Shown: one piece after another, positions 18,125 to 29,881 of the stretch | Numbering within the stretch: the stretch's first letter is position 1 | Layout: every line of letters starts with the position of its first letter | Source: Enterobacteriaceae bacterium | GTDB taxonomy: Bacteria > Pseudomonadota > Gammaproteobacteria > Enterobacterales > Enterobacteriaceae | Reading direction: 5' to 3' | Assembly (NCBI GenBank): GCA_031261005.1 | Contig: JAISKF010000016.1 | Location: 106,300 to 136,299, forward strand | DNA length: 30,000 nt | The notes under the pieces: model-generated | The model's input: the letters and a program-made list of their open reading frames with translations, nothing else | Told to the model about the DNA's origin: nothing | The model's database searches: none | Position numbers and translations under genes: made by a program

Positions 18125-20068
18125 ATGTTTCAAGATAACCCGCTGCTAGCGCAGCTTAAACAGCAACTCCACGCGAATACTCCACGAGTTGAAGGCGTCG
18201 TCAAAGGTACTGAAAAAGGTTTTGGTTTTCTTGAGGTTGATAGCCAAAAAAGCTATTTCATTCCGCCTCCGCAAATGAAAAAAGTGATGCACGGCGATCG
18301 GATTACTGCCAGTGTTCATACGGAAAAAGATCGCGAGTTAGTCGAACCTGAAACGCTAGTTGAGCCTTTCCTTACTCGTTTTATTGGTCGGATTCAGCAA
18401 AAAAATAACCGCTTATTTATTATCCCAGATCATCCGCTCATCAAAGAAGTTATCCCTTGTAATCCTGTCGAAACTTTAACGCAGTCGCTAAATCAAGGGG
18501 ATTGGGTTGTTGCTGAAATGGATAGTCACCCGCTTAACGGCGGACGCGGATTTCATGCCAACGTGACGGAATATATTACTTTCGCTGATGATCATTTAGC
18601 ACCGTGGTGGGTGACATTGTCACGCCATCAATTAGAGCGTGAAGCACCGCAATGGCTGGCAAATGAAATTCAGGACGACAATATTATCCGCCGTGATTTA
18701 ACGGATATTCATTTTGTCACCATTGATAGTGAGTCCACCGAAGATATGGACGATGCGCTGTATGTCGAGCCGTTGGATAACGACCGATTAAAACTATCAA
18801 TTGCCATTGCAGATCCAACCGCTTACGTCACTGCGGGCAGCGAAATTGATACCATTGCTTTAAAACGCGCCTTTACCAATTATTTACCCGGTTTCAACAT
18901 TCCGATGTTACCGCGCGAACTATCCGATAATTTATGTTCGCTGCGCCCGAATGAACGCCGCCCTGCACTGGTTTGTCAGGTGATCCTCGCTGCTGATGGA
19001 ACGCTTAGCGATGAAATTGAATTTTTCAGCGCTTGGGTAATGTCAAAAGATAAGCTGGATTACGAAAATGTTTCCAACTGGCTGGAGAATACCGGTACAT
19101 GGCAGCCAGAAAATGCAGCGACCGAACAACAAATTAAGTTATTACATCAAATTGCCCTGCGTCGTATTGCGTGGCGCGGTAAACATGCACTGCTGTTTAA
19201 AGATCGCCCTGATTATCGGTTTATTCTCGGTGAAAAAGGCGAAGTGCTGGACATCATCACCGAACATCGCCGTATTGCTAACCGCATTGTGGAAGAATCG
19301 ATGATCGTCGCAAATATTTGTGCCGCGCGCGTGCTAAAAGAACGCTTAGGCTACGGTATTTTCAACGTTCATGCCGGTTTTGATCCCATGTTGGTGGATC
19401 AGGCAATCAATGTGCTGCAACTCAACGGTGCTGAATTTAATAAAGAAGATATTTTGACGCTGGAGGGTTTCTGCCAACTACGCCGTTTCCTTGATACTCA
19501 GCCAACTTCATATCTGGATAGCCGTATCCGTAAATATCAGACGTATGCCGAAGTCAGTACCACGCCAGCTCCGCATTATGGATTAGGGCTGGACGCTTAC
19601 GCGACATGGACTTCACCGATTCGTAAATACGGCGATATTATAAATCATCGCTTGCTCAAGGCATTGATCCACAATATTCCGTCAACAACACCAGATGACA
19701 GCGTAATGCAGCCATTGGCTGATCGCCGCCGCTTTAATCGTATGGCGGAACGTGATGTAGGTGATTGGTTATACGCCCGCTTTTTGCAGGATAAAGCCGG
19801 AACGGATACGCGCTATCTCGCCGAAATTATGGATATTTCGCGCGGCGGTATGCGTATTAAACTGCTGGAAAACGGCGCGGTGGCGTTTATTCCGGCACCA
19901 TTTATTCATGCTGTACGTGATGAGCTGGTGTGCAGTGCAGAAACCGGTACAGTACAAATTAATGGTGAAACCGTCTATCGTCAGGGCGATACACTGGAAG
20001 TAACTATTGCCGAAGTCCGCATGGAAACCCGCAGTATTATCGCGCGCCCTGCTCCGTCACTGGCTTAG
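18125..20068 (+). CDS. rnb: exoribonuclease II (RNase II)
   Basis: [54 protein letters not shown] is near-identical to the E. coli Rnb N-terminus. 647 aa against about 644. Confidence 0.96.
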   Translation: MFQDNPLLAQLKQQLHANTPRVEGVVKGTEKGFGFLEVDSQKSYFIPPPQMKKVMHGDRITASVHTEKDRELVEPETLVEPFLTRFIGRIQQKNNRLFIIPDHPLIKEVIPCNPVETLTQSLNQGDWVVAEMDSHPLNGGRGFHANVTEYITFADDHLAPWWVTLSRHQLEREAPQWLANEIQDDNIIRRDLTDIHFVTIDSESTEDMDDALYVEPLDNDRLKLSIAIADPTAYVTAGSEIDTIALKRAFTNYLPGFNIPMLPRELSDNLCSLRPNERRPALVCQVILAADGTLSDEIEFFSAWVMSKDKLDYENVSNWLENTGTWQPENAATEQQIKLLHQIALRRIAWRGKHALLFKDRPDYRFILGEKGEVLDIITEHRRIANRIVEESMIVANICAARVLKERLGYGIFNVHAGFDPMLVDQAINVLQLNGAEFNKEDILTLEGFCQLRRFLDTQPTSYLDSRIRKYQTYAEVSTTPAPHYGLGLDAYATWTSPIRKYGDIINHRLLKALIHNIPSTTPDDSVMQPLADRRRFNRMAERDVGDWLYARFLQDKAGTDTRYLAEIMDISRGGMRIKLLENGAVAFIPAPFIHAVRDELVCSAETGTVQINGETVYRQGDTLEVTIAEVRMETRSIIARPAPSLA

Positions 20069-20074
20069 ACTGAT

Positions 20075-20109
20075 GAGATGATGCGCTCAGGTTTAGAGCG
20101 CATCATCTC
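20075..20109 (+). terminator. hairpin 3' of rnb (13-bp stem), a possible terminator without a clear U-tract
   Basis: gagatgatgcgct (20075-20087) / agcgcatcatctc (20097-20109). Confidence 0.4.
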
Positions 20110-20239
20110 TCATATAGTGATAAATGTCGCATTTCACATCTTCTGTCAAAAAAATAAACAACAAACTGCTTGTACCAAATTCTGTGCTGTGTTTTTATTG
20201 ACGCACTTAATTTTACTGATTGATAAGGTCTACCCTGTG

Positions 20240-20335
20240 ATGCCATCTCAATTCACTTCGACTCTGCTCCTCACCGCGCAACCTGCCGCGGTAGTCGTCG
20301 TGCGTGTGGTGGTGGTCGTCGGCAATGCGCCGTAG
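20240..20335 (+). CDS. ivbL: ilvBN operon leader peptide (31 aa, Val/Leu-rich)
   Basis: MPSQFTSTLLLTAQPAAVVVVRVVVVVGNAP. The C-terminal AAVVVVRVVVVVGNAP is identical to E. coli IvbL. It is the in-frame tail of track ORF 20078..20335. Confidence 0.9.
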   Translation: MPSQFTSTLLLTAQPAAVVVVRVVVVVGNAP

Positions 20336-20359
20336 GGTCCGAATCAACGTCCGAATTCG

Positions 20360-20396
20360 AAACCCCGCTGGCGCAAACCGAGCGGGGTTTTTCTTT
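20360..20396 (+). terminator. ilvBN attenuator terminator
   Basis: aaaccccgct-ggcgcaaaccg-agcggggttt followed by ttctttat, placed between the leader stop and the ilvB start. Confidence 0.85.
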
Positions 20397-20451
20397 ATAT
20401 GCTCCCCGCTCCGCGAGTACCGGCTACAGTTACAATAAAAAGGAATCAGGC

Positions 20452-22131
20452 ATGACACAACAACGAACCCGTTTTACGGGCGCTGAATTGATTATTTACT
20501 TACTGGAACGTCAAGGGATCACTACGGTTGCTGGAGTTCCCGGCGGAGCGGCGTTACCGTTGTATGATGCGTTAGGAAAAAGCACCATTATTCATCACAT
20601 TCTGGCGCGCCACGAACAAGGTGCCGGATTTATCGCGCAAGGCATGGCTCGCGCCAGCGGCAAAGCAGCGGTTTGTATTTCATCGAGCGGTCCTGGTGCG
20701 ACAAATTTAGCTACACCAATTGCTGATGCCAAGCTGGACTCCATTCCGCTGGTTTGCATCACTGCACAAGTTTCCTCCGATATGATCGGAACTGACGCAT
20801 TTCAGGAAGTTGACACCTACGGCATTTCTATTCCGATAACTAAACACAACTATCTGGTGCGTAATATCTGTGAATTACCAAAAGTGATTTGTGATGCGTT
20901 CCGTATTGCTGAGTCAGGACGTCCGGGACCTGTTTGGATCGACATTCCAAAAGATGTGCAAACCGCGACGATTGATTTAGCCGAACTGCCGCCGATTCCT
21001 GTTCCTGATAAAGCGCCGCTATTTGACACTAATTTAGTCACGCAAGCGGCTGCCATGATTAATCAGGCAAAGCGCCCTGTTCTGTATTTAGGCGGCGGTA
21101 TTATTAGTGCTAACGCTCATCAAGCCGCTTTAAATCTGGCTGAACATGCCAATATCCCAATGACATTAACGTTAATGGCGCTGGGCGCAATTCCAACTGA
21201 TCACCCGTTATCACTGGGAATGCTAGGAATGCACGGCGCGCGCAGTACAAATCTGACGCTGCAAGAAACCGATCTACTGGTCGTTTTGGGCGCACGTTTT
21301 GATGATCGCGCGATTGGTAAAGCATCGCAATTTTGCCCTAATGCCAAAATCATTCATGTGGATATTGACCGCGCGGAATTAGGCAAAATCAGACGTCCTG
21401 ATATTACGATTCATGCCGATGTTAATCAGGTTTTACAGCAAATTTTGCCGCAAGTTGACGCCCAACCGCGTACCGAATGGTTAAATACTGTTAAGCAATT
21501 TAAACAGCAATATCCGTTTAATATGCCGGAAGCGGATAATCCATTAAGTCATTACGGTTTAGTTTTAGCTGCCGCGCGTTGCGCGGGCAAAGAGGCGATT
21601 GTGACTACCGATGTCGGTCAACATCAAATGTGGGTAGCGCAGGCTTATCCGCTGTCTCGCCCGCGCGAATGGCTGACTTCTGGCGGTTTAGGCACAATGG
21701 GATTTGGTTTACCCGCAGCGATCGGTGCGGCATTAGCAGAGTCGAATCGTAAAGTGCTGTGTTTCTCCGGCGACGGCAGTTTAATGATGAACATTCAAGA
21801 GCTGGCTACTGCGGTAGAACATAATCTAGATGTTAAAATTATTCTGATGAATAATCAGGCACTTGGTTTAGTTTATCAACAACAAACCATGTTCTACGAA
21901 GAGCGTACCTTTGCCTCTGCTTATCCTTTCCTGACGGACTTTATCAAGATCGCGGCTGGATTTGGTCTGGATACTTGCGATTTAAACAAAGCCGAAGATC
22001 CGCAGCAAGCACTGGCAGACGCGATTAATCGTTCAGGACCCTGCTTGATCCATGCCTTAATCGACATCAACAACAAAGTTTACCCAATGGTACCGCCGGG
22101 TGCCTCTAATATTGAAATGATTGGAGCTTAA
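20452..22131 (+). CDS. ilvB: acetolactate synthase I (AHAS I), large catalytic subunit
   Basis: RFTGAELIIYLLERQGI..HILARHEQGAGFIAQGMAR..GTDAFQEVDTYGISIPITKHNYLV..GRPGPVWIDIPKDVQ..SGDGSLMMNIQE is collinear with E. coli IlvB. It is preceded by ivbL. Confidence 0.96.
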   Translation: MTQQRTRFTGAELIIYLLERQGITTVAGVPGGAALPLYDALGKSTIIHHILARHEQGAGFIAQGMARASGKAAVCISSSGPGATNLATPIADAKLDSIPLVCITAQVSSDMIGTDAFQEVDTYGISIPITKHNYLVRNICELPKVICDAFRIAESGRPGPVWIDIPKDVQTATIDLAELPPIPVPDKAPLFDTNLVTQAAAMINQAKRPVLYLGGGIISANAHQAALNLAEHANIPMTLTLMALGAIPTDHPLSLGMLGMHGARSTNLTLQETDLLVVLGARFDDRAIGKASQFCPNAKIIHVDIDRAELGKIRRPDITIHADVNQVLQQILPQVDAQPRTEWLNTVKQFKQQYPFNMPEADNPLSHYGLVLAAARCAGKEAIVTTDVGQHQMWVAQAYPLSRPREWLTSGGLGTMGFGLPAAIGAALAESNRKVLCFSGDGSLMMNIQELATAVEHNLDVKIILMNNQALGLVYQQQTMFYEERTFASAYPFLTDFIKIAAGFGLDTCDLNKAEDPQQALADAINRSGPCLIHALIDINNKVYPMVPPGASNIEMIGA

Positions 22132-22133
22132 TC

Positions 22134-22433
22134 ATGACGCAATCAGCTATATCACAACAAAATCAACAAATTGCTCTGGAAATTATCGTTCGCAATCACC
22201 CTGGTGTCATGTCACATATTTGCGGTTTGTTTGCACGGCGCGCTTTTAACGTGGAAGGCATTCTGTGTATGCCGATGAAAAACGATGCACAGAGCCGTAT
22301 TTGGCTGCTGGTACAAAAAGATCATCGTCTGGATCAGATGGTCAGTCAGGTTGATAAACTGGAAGATGTTCAGCAAGTAAAATACAACGATGATTTGCGT
22401 ATTTTTGAGCAACTGAGTACGTTTGTTCAGTAG
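22134..22433 (+). CDS. ilvN: acetolactate synthase I, small regulatory subunit
   Basis: A 99-aa ACT-domain protein (LEIIVRNHPGVMSHICGLFARRAFNVEGILC) immediately after ilvB. Confidence 0.93.
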   Translation: MTQSAISQQNQQIALEIIVRNHPGVMSHICGLFARRAFNVEGILCMPMKNDAQSRIWLLVQKDHRLDQMVSQVDKLEDVQQVKYNDDLRIFEQLSTFVQ

Positions 22434-22463
22434 TCGTTTATTATCTCATCGTCTATCTAAAAA

Positions 22464-22498
22464 ATCCGCGCGGCTTAATTTCAGTTGCCCGCGCGGAT
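22464..22498. terminator. 10-bp GC-rich stem hairpin after ilvN. The T-tract lies on the opposite strand.
   Basis: atccgcgcgg-15 nt loop-ccgcgcggat. It is preceded by aaaaa and followed by aaaataa on the + strand. Confidence 0.35.
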
Positions 22499-22616
22499 AA
22501 AATAACGCCAGTAAATTATTCACAATTTCTTGATCTCAATCCCGTTCCTCTCCTGTCCTGCTGCCATTATATGGTTTACTCTTTAAGAGAACTGTTAATT
22601 CACCGCTGGAGGCGCT

Positions 22617-23561
22617 ATGGCTCACTATCAAAATATTATGGTTGCAATTGATCCTGACGAAGAGGATCAAGCCGCATTACGCCGCGCGGTTTATCTCGTT
22701 CGCCGCAACGGAGGAAAAATTAAAGCATTTTTACCTATTTTTGATTTTTCTTATGAAGTCACAAGCCTGTTGTCGCAAGATGAACGTATGGCAATGCGCC
22801 AAAGCGCTATTGATCAACGCGTAGCGTGGATACGCCAACTTAGTCATTACTATATTGAGTCTGGCGTAGACATTGAAATCAAGGTGATATGGCATAAACG
22901 CTATCACGAAGCCGTTATTGAAGAAGTGGAAACTTTCGATCATGACTTGCTGATGAAAGCCGCACATCAACATGATCGTCTGGATTCGGTGATCTTTACG
23001 CCTATCGACTGGCATATATTGAGAAAATGTTCATGTCCGGTTTGGATGGTAAAAGATCAGCCGTGGCCTGAACATGGCAAAGCATTGGTTGCGGTTAACT
23101 TAGCCAGTGAAGAGGATTTTCATGATGAGTTAAATCAGAAATTGATTGAAGAATCTCTCGAACTGGCTGCATTTGCTGATAGCACCGAAGTGCAACTGGT
23201 CAGTGCTTATCCGTCAACGTCAATTAATATCGCCATTGAGCTGCCAGAGTTTGATCCGACCATGTACAACAACGCGATTCGCGGTCAGTTCTTAGTGGCA
23301 ATGAAAGCATTAAGACAGCAATTCAGTATTCCTGAAGAACGCACTCACGTTGAAAAAGGTATGCCGGAAGATGTTATTCCTGCGGTTGCCGAAAAGATCG
23401 ATGCCGGTATCGTAGTATTAGGTACAGTTGGTCGTACCGGTCTTTCAGCGGCATTTATCGGTAATACGGCAGAACGCGTGATCGGTCATCTAAAATGTGA
23501 TTTGCTGGCGATCAAACCAGACGATACAGCAGAACATGACGAGCATGATGATGAGGATTAA
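22617..23561 (+). CDS. uspE: universal stress protein E (tandem Usp domains)
   Basis: [86 protein letters not shown] is collinear with E. coli UspE. Acidic C-terminal tail. Confidence 0.95.
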   Translation: MAHYQNIMVAIDPDEEDQAALRRAVYLVRRNGGKIKAFLPIFDFSYEVTSLLSQDERMAMRQSAIDQRVAWIRQLSHYYIESGVDIEIKVIWHKRYHEAVIEEVETFDHDLLMKAAHQHDRLDSVIFTPIDWHILRKCSCPVWMVKDQPWPEHGKALVAVNLASEEDFHDELNQKLIEESLELAAFADSTEVQLVSAYPSTSINIAIELPEFDPTMYNNAIRGQFLVAMKALRQQFSIPEERTHVEKGMPEDVIPAVAEKIDAGIVVLGTVGRTGLSAAFIGNTAERVIGHLKCDLLAIKPDDTAEHDEHDDED

Positions 23562-23745
23562 CCTCAGGTTTAGATAAAGAAATGACGAGAATAATAGGTT
23601 AATAAATAATTTGTAGGAGATCGCTTCTTACAGAAACAATGCAAAATAACCAATTGAAATAACAATGGTTTTACCGTGGAGGCGACAATCTATCGCCCGA
23701 ATTAACAGCGCGGTGGGTTCACGGGCGGCAGATTGCCGCCCCTAC
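23558..23745. repeat. REP/BIME-like cluster: a TTAACCT..AGGTTAATAAAT module plus three GTAG/GTGG-headed hairpins
   Basis: tgtaggagatcgcttcttaca (23612-23632), gtggaggcgacaatctatcgccc (23676-23698) and, in inverted orientation, gggcggcagattgccgcccctac (23723-23745). Confidence 0.65.
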
Positions 23746-23813
23746 AAAGAAATTGCATAATTATTTGAAATTCATCGTAATAATATAACTTTTTATCCGA
23801 AGTTCAGGTTGAT

Positions 23814-23847
23814 TAAAAAAGGGCTGCATATAACTTGCAGCCCTTTT
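23814..23847. terminator. bidirectional intrinsic terminator between the convergent uspE and pntB genes
   Basis: aaaaaaa-gggctgca-tataact-tgcagccc-tttt. Confidence 0.8.
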
Positions 23848-23895
23848 GTTTCCTGATGATTTAATCAAAAACTACGATAAAACGACAACGACAGA

Positions 23896-25302
23896 CTACA
23901 ATGCCCGCAGAATATTATCGACGCTCTCTTTCGCATCACCAAACAACATTTGAGTGTTCTCTTTAAAGAACAGCGGGTTTTGTACACCAGCGTAACCGGT
24001 ATTCATCGAACGTTTAAACACGATAACATTCTGCGCTTTCCAGACTTCCAGCACAGGCATTCCGGCGATTGGGCTGCGAGGATCTTCCAGCGCGGCTGGG
24101 TTCACCGTATCGTTAGCACCAATAACCAGCACAGTATCGGTATCAACGAAATCATCATTAATTTCGTCCATTTCCAATACAATGTCATACGGTACTTTCG
24201 CTTCTGCCAGCAACACATTCATGTGACCCGGTAAACGACCGGCAACAGGGTGAATACCGAAACGGACTTTAATGCCCTTTTCACGCAGTTTCGCTGTAAT
24301 TTCAGCCACCGGATATTGCGCTTGTGCAACCGCCATGCCGTATCCTGGTGTGATGATCACAGAAGAAGAGTTTCTCAGTAATTCAGCGACTTCTTCTGCT
24401 GAAGTTTCGCGGAATTCACCGACTTCTTCGCTTTCACCGGTAGACGAGCCATCTGTACCGAATCCACCAGCAATAACGCTGATAAATGAGCGGTTCATGG
24501 CTTTACACATAATGTAAGACAGGATCGCACCAGAAGAACCGACGAGTGCACCGGTTACGATCAGCAAATCGTTGCTTAACATAAAACCGGCTGCGGCGGC
24601 TGCCCAACCTGAGTAGGAGTTCAGCATCGACACTACCACAGGCATATCTGCACCACCGATAGACGCCACCAGATGCCAGCCGAATGCCAGTGCAATGATG
24701 GTCATAATCAGTAAAGTAAAGACATGAACGCCTGTGCTTTCACTGCTAACAAACCAAAGCATCAGCAGGAAAGAAACCACGATAGCCGCCAGATTCAATT
24801 TATGACGATGCGGTAACATCAGCGGTTTAGATGAAATCACGCCGCGTAATTTACCAAATGCCACAATAGAACCGGTGAACGTTACCGCACCGATGAAGAT
24901 CCCCAAGAAGACTTCCACGTTGTGAATATTCAGCACAACTTGTAACTCTTCAACCGGAACACCTTCAGTATGCGGACCAACAATAAAGCTATTGAAGCCA
25001 ACAAGTACCGCAGCCAAACCCACGAAGCTGTGCAAAATCGCAACCAGCTCCGGCATTTCTGTCATTTCAACTTTTCGAGCCAGATAGATACCGATAGCGC
25101 CGCCAATAATCATCGCCATAATAATCCAGCCGACATTGCTGGAATAAGGTCCGAAAATAGTTGCAACCAGCGCAATCGCCATACCTACCACGCCAAAGGT
25201 ATTACCCTGTTTTGACGTTTCATGCTTGGATAAACCAGCAAGGCTGAAAATAAACAGAACCGCAGCAACAATATATGCGGCAGTAACTAATCCTCCAGAC
25301 AT
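23896..25302 (-). CDS. pntB: NAD(P) transhydrogenase subunit beta
   Basis: [30 protein letters not shown]...through...[15 protein letters not shown] is near-identical to E. coli PntB. Confidence 0.97.
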   Translation of the reverse strand: MSGGLVTAAYIVAAVLFIFSLAGLSKHETSKQGNTFGVVGMAIALVATIFGPYSSNVGWIIMAMIIGGAIGIYLARKVEMTEMPELVAILHSFVGLAAVLVGFNSFIVGPHTEGVPVEELQVVLNIHNVEVFLGIFIGAVTFTGSIVAFGKLRGVISSKPLMLPHRHKLNLAAIVVSFLLMLWFVSSESTGVHVFTLLIMTIIALAFGWHLVASIGGADMPVVVSMLNSYSGWAAAAAGFMLSNDLLIVTGALVGSSGAILSYIMCKAMNRSFISVIAGGFGTDGSSTGESEEVGEFRETSAEEVAELLRNSSSVIITPGYGMAVAQAQYPVAEITAKLREKGIKVRFGIHPVAGRLPGHMNVLLAEAKVPYDIVLEMDEINDDFVDTDTVLVIGANDTVNPAALEDPRSPIAGMPVLEVWKAQNVIVFKRSMNTGYAGVQNPLFFKENTQMLFGDAKESVDNILRAL

Positions 25303-25314
25303 ATTCGTTACTCC

Positions 25315-26883
<1,569 letters not shown>

Positions 26884-27220
26884 TCAAAGCTAACTACTGT
26901 TACATCTTTATTTGTACGTTACTCGTACCTTTATTCTCACATCGACTAGCTTTTGCATAGCTAGCCAAAACAATTCAGCTACCCTATAGCATTTAGAAAT
27001 GCAGGTATATAACCTACTGAAAATATAACCACTAATCTACTGTTCTCTGCTATTACTGCTAAGTTTTTATCAAACAAGTCATAAAAGCGCAGAACGTGTC
27101 TCTAGTTATAACGTGAAATGATAAAAAATGCTAAAGCAACCCTATAAATCCGTGAGATAATCGCTTACTCTTACCGGTACTGATTTCAAAAGTTAATAAA
27201 TAAGGCGTGAAGGATCCTTT

Positions 27221-28180
27221 ATGAAACTAAAGACAACGCTAATTACCTCAGCCCTACTTTCTGGCATGACTTTTTCTGTGTTTGCTGCACAAGAACTAAG
27301 CCCTGAAAAAGCTGACGCATTAGTACCATACGATAGAATTACCTTTTCTGGTCGTTATGACAGCGCTTATGAAGCTAATCGGGCAGCATCAAAATTAGCG
27401 GATAAACAAGGCGCAGCCGCATTTTTTGTGCGCGATATGAGTGAGTTAAACGGTAACAGCGGTAATGTTCGTGTCATTGCGGATCTGTATAAAGCTGATG
27501 CTCCGGCTGCTTCACAAGAACCAACATACCGTGTATTTAAAGGCGTTCGTGAATTACCGCGTGAAGAAGCCAGCGCTTTAGAACCTTTTGATACCGTTTC
27601 CGTGCGCGGTTTCTTCCCTGTTCAAGCAGATTTAAATGACGCAATTGCACTGTTAGCGAAAGAGAAAGGCGCTGAGTCATTCTTCATCGTTAGAGAAACT
27701 GACGCCAATAGCGGCGGTGCTAACCAATACGTTACGGCTTACATCTACAAGAAAGATGCACCTAAACGTAAAATTCAGGTTCAGGACAACCCAATTCCTG
27801 CTGATTCTGAAGCGGGTAAAGCAGCACTGGCTGCTGGCGGTGAAGCGGCTGCACAAGTTGAAATTCCAAACGTCGCCTCTTCTACCTCATTTAGCGATAA
27901 AGTCGGTCGTTTCTTTGAAACGCAAAACAGCGCAGAAGGCTCTCGTTATACCGTTACATTAAGAGACGGTACAAAAATCGAAGAATTGAATAACGCTACC
28001 GCATTAAAAATGACGCCGTTTGATTCCATCACCATTCGGGATAACTTTAGCAGTGCCGTAGAAATGTGCGATCAGATCGCCAAACGTACAGCGGCTAAAG
28101 GCGGTAAGTATTACCACATTACCAGCCAGCGTGAACTGAACGGCGGTAATATCATGGTAACAGCAGATATTTTTAAATGA
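27221..28180 (+). CDS. ydgH: secreted protein with three DUF1471 (YdgH/BhsA/McbA-like) repeats
   Basis: Signal peptide MKLKTTLITSALLSGMTFSVFA|AQE, then three internal repeats of the form ..PFD.I...G.......A...LA.K.GA..F.........G.....A..YK. The position next to pntA is the same as in E. coli. Confidence 0.85.
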   Translation: MKLKTTLITSALLSGMTFSVFAAQELSPEKADALVPYDRITFSGRYDSAYEANRAASKLADKQGAAAFFVRDMSELNGNSGNVRVIADLYKADAPAASQEPTYRVFKGVRELPREEASALEPFDTVSVRGFFPVQADLNDAIALLAKEKGAESFFIVRETDANSGGANQYVTAYIYKKDAPKRKIQVQDNPIPADSEAGKAALAAGGEAAAQVEIPNVASSTSFSDKVGRFFETQNSAEGSRYTVTLRDGTKIEELNNATALKMTPFDSITIRDNFSSAVEMCDQIAKRTAAKGGKYYHITSQRELNGGNIMVTADIFK

Positions 28181-28230
28181 TAAATAGCTAAAAAAATAGA
28201 TTTAACAGCTTAGATCTATTTCATTTTGAC

Positions 28231-28264
28231 ATAAGGGCGATATTTCATCGCCCTTATATTTTTC
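28231..28264 (+). terminator. intrinsic terminator after ydgH
   Basis: ataagggcgat-atttc-atcgcccttat followed by atttttc. Confidence 0.8.
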
Positions 28265-28400
28265 CTGCTTAATATATCTTGTTTACCGACATAATTATTC
28301 ATTGCAACCCCGCCGTCAGCTCCGTAAAATCAGCGCAATTTTTTATCAACCCCACAGGTATATTCAAGTTTATTGACTACCTGTTTTCAGGAATTTTACG

Positions 28401-29795
28401 TTGGAAAAGAAACTCGGTCTGACTATGCTCACCGCACTGGTAATTAGCTCAATGCTCGGTGCCGGTATATTTAGTCTCCCACAAAATATGGCTGAAGTGG
28501 CAAGTCCAGCCGCATTATTAATTGGCTGGGCAATTACTGGCATCGGTATTTTATTTCTTGCGTTTGCTTTATTAATTTTAACGCGCATTCGCCCTGATCT
28601 CGATGGCGGCATATTCACTTATGCCAAAGAAGGATTTGGCGAACTAATTGGATTTTGCTCCGCTTGGGGTTATTGGATCTGCGCCGTTATCGCTAATCTC
28701 TCTTATCTGGTGATCGTATTTGCAGCATTGAGCTTTTTCACCGATACGCCCGATCACGTTATTTTCGGTGAGGGTAACACTTGGCAAGCGATGCTTGGTG
28801 CTTCTGTGCTGCTGTGGATCGTGCATGGCTTGGTGCTGCGCGGCGTACAAACTGCGGCGTTGATTAATCTTATCGCTACGCTGGCGAAACTGCTCCCGAT
28901 TACCCTGTTTATAGTTCTCGCCTTACTGATGTTTAATCTCGATACCTTTAAACTTGATTTCACCGGCATTAAATTAGGTATACCAGTATGGGATCAAGTC
29001 AAAAATACGATGCTGATTACTCTCTGGGTATTTATTGGTATTGAGGGCGCAGTCGTTGTTTCAGCCAGAGCTAAAAATAAAAACGATGTCGGTAAAGCCA
29101 CCGTTCTCGCAGTATTAATGGCTCTCGGCGTGTATCTGCTGGTTACGGTGCTGTCGCTTGGCGTTGTGCCGCGGGCGGAACTGGCGGAGATGAGAAATCC
29201 ATCAATGTCGAGTGTGATGGTAATAATGATGGGACCTGTCGGCGAAATCGTTATTGCTGCCGGTCTGATTATTTCTGTCTGTGCGGCGTATTTAAGCTGG
29301 ACAATCATGGCAGCCGAAGTGCCGTTTTTAGCCGCACAACACGGTTCATTCCCCCATGTTTTTATTAAACAGAATAAAACCGGCGCACCGGCATCTTCGT
29401 TATGGCTTACAAATAGCGCGATACAACTCAGCTTGTTGCTTATCTGGATCACTGGCAGCAACTACAACACGCTGCTGATCATCGCCTCCGAAATGATTCT
29501 AATCCCCTATTTTCTCGTCGGCGCTTTCTTGATGAAAGAAGCCATTCACCGCAAAAATACTAAACTGGCTTTAGTCGCGGCAGGAGCGGGCATTTACGGG
29601 CTTTGGCTGATTTACGCGTCAGGTATGGACAACCTGTTTATGTCCATCGTGCTGTATACACCGGGAATTTTAGTATTCTTCTATGCGCGCTATGCTGCCA
29701 TTCAAAAGAAAAAACCGCTCAATACAACGGAACGCACTATCGTTATTTTACTGTTTGTTTTGCTGGCACCGGCTTTGTGGATGGTTTTGAGATAA
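28401..29795 (+). CDS. ydgI: APC-family arginine/ornithine antiporter-like transporter (YdgI/ArcD)
   Basis: MEKKLGLTMLTALVISSMLGAGIFSLPQNMAEVASPAALLIGW... is collinear with E. coli YdgI. The TTG start is supported because the EKKLGL residues are conserved and an AGGA lies 8 nt upstream. Confidence 0.92.
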   Translation: MEKKLGLTMLTALVISSMLGAGIFSLPQNMAEVASPAALLIGWAITGIGILFLAFALLILTRIRPDLDGGIFTYAKEGFGELIGFCSAWGYWICAVIANLSYLVIVFAALSFFTDTPDHVIFGEGNTWQAMLGASVLLWIVHGLVLRGVQTAALINLIATLAKLLPITLFIVLALLMFNLDTFKLDFTGIKLGIPVWDQVKNTMLITLWVFIGIEGAVVVSARAKNKNDVGKATVLAVLMALGVYLLVTVLSLGVVPRAELAEMRNPSMSSVMVIMMGPVGEIVIAAGLIISVCAAYLSWTIMAAEVPFLAAQHGSFPHVFIKQNKTGAPASSLWLTNSAIQLSLLLIWITGSNYNTLLIIASEMILIPYFLVGAFLMKEAIHRKNTKLALVAAGAGIYGLWLIYASGMDNLFMSIVLYTPGILVFFYARYAAIQKKKPLNTTERTIVILLFVLLAPALWMVLR

Positions 29796-29796
29796 A

Positions 29797-29881
29797 TTAA
29801 CCTAATAAAATAGCGACAATAATAGGTTAATAAATTGATAATAAAGAATAATTCGTAGGGCGGCAAATTGCCGCTTCTACG
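29797..29881. repeat. second copy of the TTAACCTA..TAGGTTAATAAAT module followed by a GTAG-headed REP-like hairpin
   Basis: ttaaccta(29797-29804)...aataataggttaataaat(29818-29835)...cgtagggcggcaaattgccgcttctacg. The 18-mer aataataggttaataaat is identical to 23590-23607. Confidence 0.65.

Noticed and set aside
20078-20239. 5' part of the 85-aa ORF 20078-20335
   Set aside because: Only the last 31 codons correspond to the conserved ivbL leader. The upstream part overlaps the rnb terminator hairpin and the probable ilvB promoter region (a TTGACG at 20198-20203 could be a -35 box, but I could not find a convincing -10 or CRP site).
20213-20458. 81-aa minus-strand ORF across the ilvB leader
   Set aside because: It is antisense to the ivbL/attenuator region. 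The Arg/His-rich translation is an artefact of the GTn-rich valine codon run.
28193-28221. Additional inverted repeat aaatagat..atctattt just after the ydgH stop
   Set aside because: It is an 8-bp AT-only stem with a 12-nt loop. The clear terminator lies 10 nt downstream (28231-28264), so this is probably incidental.
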